Source: a virus
Lineage: Duplodnaviria; Caudoviricetes
IMG/VR virus record: IMGVR_UViG_3300049472_000072
Coordinates: 1-28,692 of that record
DNA length: 28,692 bases
Strand: one strand, 5' to 3'
The position numbers and the translations under genes are program-made. The stretch's first letter is position 1; every line of letters starts with the position of its first letter. Shown here piece after piece: positions 25,441 through 28,692 of the stretch. The notes beneath the pieces are model-generated. The model was not told the DNA's origin and did not search any database. It saw only the letters and a list, made by a program, of their open reading frames with translations.

Positions 25441-27197
25441 TTCTTGTCAATGTTATGACCGTAATTTTTCAAAGCCAAATCCCTTTTAAAACCACAAGAG
25501 TTCCCGTTGTTCATTACCTCATTTGATACCTCAAGTTCCTGCAATCTGTTTATAGCTGAAATGATTATTCCAGCCATTCTAAACTCCTTTGCAGTCCAAT
25601 CGTTCTTATTCAGGTTTAGAATATGCAAGTTTCTTTGGATAGGCTGTTTTGAGTAACCTAAAGCCTTACAGCAATCCGACTCACTCCAAGTTTGTAGTTC
25701 CTTGTAAGTCATGTTTACAAGCGAGTAGTATTCGTTGTACCTAGCTTCGATTGTACCCTTAGACATATTCAAAGGAGTGTTGATTTCAAAGCCATCAAAT
25801 AAATTTAGTTGCGTTGCTATTTGTGTTTCGGCTGGTATTTCTTCTACAACTGGCTCAAGATTAACTAACCCTCTTACTTCATCATTTGTAAGTTTTTCGA
25901 TTACTTTATTCGCCAATAATGGACTTAGCGTACTAAGTGTGTTAAGTCGTTTTTGAATTTCATCCTGAACTGGTGCGGCAGCCATCTCAACATCATAATT
26001 CTTTTGAACCCATTTACGTTTTTCTTCTGCTGTTAAAGTAGCAAGAACGTAATCAGGTAAATCAACTGTCAACGATAACGGTCTGATAGTTATTTTTGAA
26101 ACGTCAAATGGCTGATGCCAGTGCCTCATTATCTCTTGCAAACATCTTTCTATTTCCCTTTGTGGGTCGTTTACGTTTTGTTGAAGCATCTTGATAGCGT
26201 TCAACAAAAGTCCGTTGTTCCCTAATGTTGCCCCTTGGTCAATCCCAATAATGACAGGATGAACACCAACTGCCATGCAAATATTTTGTTGCACTTGCTT
26301 AATGAACGCCTCGCTTATTTTGTCGTTATAATTGTTGGGAAAAGGTGTAATCTTAGCTGCACTTTCGGCAGTTTTTGACCAAAACACCATAGCTGAACCT
26401 GCCATTTCTCCACCTGTCATTCTACGTAAGTCCTTATCTAGTAAGTTCCCTACTGTTTCAAAGTCTTCTGGGTCGTCTGACATTTGAACTTTTTCGTCAG
26501 GATCACCAATCATTTGAATAAGCGTACTTTGATAAAAGTTGTTATCTACCAAACGCTCCCTGTAAGTACCTGTTTTAGCATCAGCAGTTATATCATTAAT
26601 TGCAGAATAATAATCAGGTATTGGATAAAAACGATTGCTTATATTTGATTGACCATACCAGAAAACTTGTCCTTTGTATTCTTCTTGTTCTACCGAATAT
26701 TGTTCAGCTACTTTTTTTGGGTCGAACGTCCAACGAAAAATGGTGTTCTTTTTCTTGTAGTCAGCCATCCCGAAAAATGGATTAGTAGCTATTTTATTAA
26801 TTTCACCGTCAGCATCTGGGATGGTCAACCTTGCATTCTCATATGGGATGTGAGTAATTGATACAATCTTGAACATTTGGTTGTAACGAATATCCAACGA
26901 AAAACCACGCAGCAAAGTAAAATCTTCTACTATTTGCTTTAATAGCATGTCAAGCGTTTCGCCCCTACCATTGACAACCATTTTAGCAACATCTTGGTCT
27001 CCAATACCGTCACCGCCAATATATTTTTGAAGTTTGTTTAATGCAGACGTAGCAACTGGAGAATCATAAATAGCCTCTGTCAAACGTAAAGGGAAATCGT
27101 TATAACTACCATACGGCAATATATCGTTTGATTTGTCCTGTTTGGCTAATGGTGCAGGGCTGCGGAATAGGTTATATACTTTCGCTAAGAAACTCAT
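25437..27197 (-). CDS. portal protein with C-terminal DUF3140-like domain
   Basis: YG..NDFP..L.....SP, YPIPDY, G.E.AG, P.IIGI and LT.DE.R motifs; tail LVNMT..EL..W...LKNYGH. Confidence 0.8.
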   Translation of the reverse strand: MSFLAKVYNLFRSPAPLAKQDKSNDILPYGSYNDFPLRLTEAIYDSPVATSALNKLQKYIGGDGIGDQDVAKMVVNGRGETLDMLLKQIVEDFTLLRGFSLDIRYNQMFKIVSITHIPYENARLTIPDADGEINKIATNPFFGMADYKKKNTIFRWTFDPKKVAEQYSVEQEEYKGQVFWYGQSNISNRFYPIPDYYSAINDITADAKTGTYRERLVDNNFYQSTLIQMIGDPDEKVQMSDDPEDFETVGNLLDKDLRRMTGGEMAGSAMVFWSKTAESAAKITPFPNNYNDKISEAFIKQVQQNICMAVGVHPVIIGIDQGATLGNNGLLLNAIKMLQQNVNDPQREIERCLQEIMRHWHQPFDVSKITIRPLSLTVDLPDYVLATLTAEEKRKWVQKNYDVEMAAAPVQDEIQKRLNTLSTLSPLLANKVIEKLTNDEVRGLVNLEPVVEEIPAETQIATQLNLFDGFEINTPLNMSKGTIEARYNEYYSLVNMTYKELQTWSESDCCKALGYSKQPIQRNLHILNLNKNDWTAKEFRMAGIIISAINRLQELEVSNEVMNNGNSCGFKRDLALKNYGHNIDKK

Positions 27198-27927
27198 TAA
27201 TGCCGAAATAATTAGGCACTAATTTACGTCCGTTTCCAGCTTCTTTTCTAATTTGTGCAAAGTCGTGCAACTTTGTTTCTAAATCAAAATTACATTTAGC
27301 ACTCGAATTACGGTACTTCCTAGCTATGTCTTTGCGAATGCTAGTGTAGTGATGCATCGTTATAGGTGCTTCTTTCGGGTTTTTATGTGTTGCCTTTCTG
27401 GTAGGGTCTACCAGTACAGGATATTCACAAAATCCATGTTTTAAGTTATCCTGAATTTTGTTGACAAATGGCACGTAATAGCTTTCCAAGTTTTCAAGTG
27501 CCAAAGTAGGGTATTTATCGTAAGCCTGAATCTTGCAGTAGCTTGCTTCAATGTCGTTTTCAATTACCCAATTTTTAGCTTTTAAAAATTCATCACTAAA
27601 ATAGTATTCGTCACAATCCATGTGTATGTAATGGGTACAACCTTTTTCTTTTACTAATTCAAATCCTAGCTTACGTTTCTCCGTTTCGTTCTTGCATCCG
27701 TTCAATCGTTCATTAGTCTGTCTAGGGTTGAACAATGTAACAACATCAATTAAACCTAAAGACTGTAAGCGAACACACTCTAATAAGCCACCGTTATATT
27801 CTTCACCCCAATTGCTTTTAGTTTGAACAATGGCAATAATTAAATCAACTGAATTTCTTATCTGTTTAATTGAATCTTCTAAAAGTTCCTCTGAATCGTA
27901 TACCGAGTATATGGCTGATAGTTTCAA
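27172..27927 (-). CDS. GT-A fold (GT2-like) glycosyltransferase
   Basis: MKLSAIYSVYD.EELL..SI....VDLII; HMDCDEYY DxD motif; MHH. Confidence 0.8.
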   Translation of the reverse strand: MKLSAIYSVYDSEELLEDSIKQIRNSVDLIIAIVQTKSNWGEEYNGGLLECVRLQSLGLIDVVTLFNPRQTNERLNGCKNETEKRKLGFELVKEKGCTHYIHMDCDEYYFSDEFLKAKNWVIENDIEASYCKIQAYDKYPTLALENLESYYVPFVNKIQDNLKHGFCEYPVLVDPTRKATHKNPKEAPITMHHYTSIRKDIARKYRNSSAKCNFDLETKLHDFAQIRKEAGNGRKLVPNYFGINEFLSESI

Positions 27928-28088
27928 TGTGTTAAAGTTAATTATGAATTGAAAATTATTTTAGGCTCTGATAAAAATATCATACACATATCGTTTAAGC
28001 AATAACGCCATTTGGTGCAATTTGAAATTGTCAACACTTCACCACAACACTGACAATATTTACGTTTTGGTTTTGTCATCTGCTATAT

Positions 28089-28328
28089 TTAATTATTTAA
28101 TATCTTTTCTAGTTCTTCCTTTGAACCTATACTATAATGGCTTCCATCTTTGCCTTTATAATGTACTAAAATACCAAAATAAGGCTCTGTACTCCAATAT
28201 AACTCTCCCTTTTTGTTATCAAGAATGGTGTTTCTATTACAACCATCAAAAGCTAATATTTTCATTGATGTTGCAATAGTACACATTTCTCTATATTTTG
28301 AATCGGTTGCCCATTTAGTATCACTCAT
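28089..28328 (-). CDS. hypothetical protein
   Basis: Likely start MSDTKW just after the upstream stop. Confidence 0.5.
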   Translation of the reverse strand: MSDTKWATDSKYREMCTIATSMKILAFDGCNRNTILDNKKGELYWSTEPYFGILVHYKGKDGSHYSIGSKEELEKILNN

Positions 28329-28332
28329 AATT

Positions 28333-28524
28333 TTACCATTTACCTTGTATACATTCACAACCTTCGCAAGCTGTTTTTGCCTTGATGACACACCAACATG
28401 CAGTACAAATCCCACGTTTTTTAAACTCGCATCCCTTACAAATTGACCTACGTTTTTTTGTCAGTTTGGTAGGCGATATAAATAGCCAGTCAAACCACCC
28501 TTTAATTATATTTATAAATACCAT
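28333..28524 (-). CDS. Cys-rich DUF6171-like protein
   Basis: RRSICKGC...C..C.C.IKAKT......C..GKW. Confidence 0.7.
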   Translation of the reverse strand: MVFINIIKGWFDWLFISPTKLTKKRRSICKGCEFKKRGICTACWCVIKAKTACEGCECIQGKW

Positions 28525-28692
28525 GATTTGAATTTACTGAAAATACTTTTACCCCATCAATATAAACGTTCATTTGTATTTTACTAGTATCGCTTACATT
28601 TTGGTTGAAGCATGATATTTGTAATGAATTTATTTTTAATATAGTATCAGAATAAGTAAATGAACCTATTGGATATTTGTCAATTTCTGGCT

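Larger units (their letters stand above)
1..28692. mobile_element. Tailed phage/prophage genome segment, probable Bacteroidetes host
   Basis: Portal-like, GH24 endolysin, ERF/YqaJ recombination and DUF6291 initiator genes; dense small ORFs; no housekeeping genes; repeated TAnnTTTG promoters. Confidence 0.93.

Noticed and set aside
1-28692. Integrase, reverse transcriptase/DGR or alternative genetic code
   Set aside because: No R-H-R-Y recombinase or YxDD RT motif, no TR/VR pair seen, and genes are intact under the standard code with TAA, TAG and TGA all used as stops

Overview
AT-rich bacteriophage or prophage segment. The host is probably Bacteroidetes, because TAnnTTTG -7 promoters occur throughout. 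Left part (about 1-9.7 kb, minus strand): early/replication operon with an ERF annealase, YqaJ-like exonuclease, DUF1064 nuclease, DUF6291 replication initiator with internal 10-bp iterons, and two stand-alone DnaA domain IV-like proteins. Right part (about 16-28.7 kb, minus strand): glycosyltransferase, portal with a DUF3140-like tail, adaptor, fibre/structural proteins, C92 amidase and GH24 lysis genes. Between them (about 10.1-15.8 kb, plus strand) is an integron-like gene-cassette array with no integrase in the window. Units start with GTT plus an extension that is the reverse complement of the ...AAC at the end of the same unit, and units are separated by imperfect hairpins, which is the footprint expected from integrated circular cassettes. 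The largest cassette is a self-contained module: promoter, RHH regulator, three tandem Y RNAs (one YrlA-type tRNA mimic), terminator and a Ro60/TROVE gene. Two kissing-loop 5' leaders and a candidate sRNA were also seen. All calls are by eye; no searches were run.
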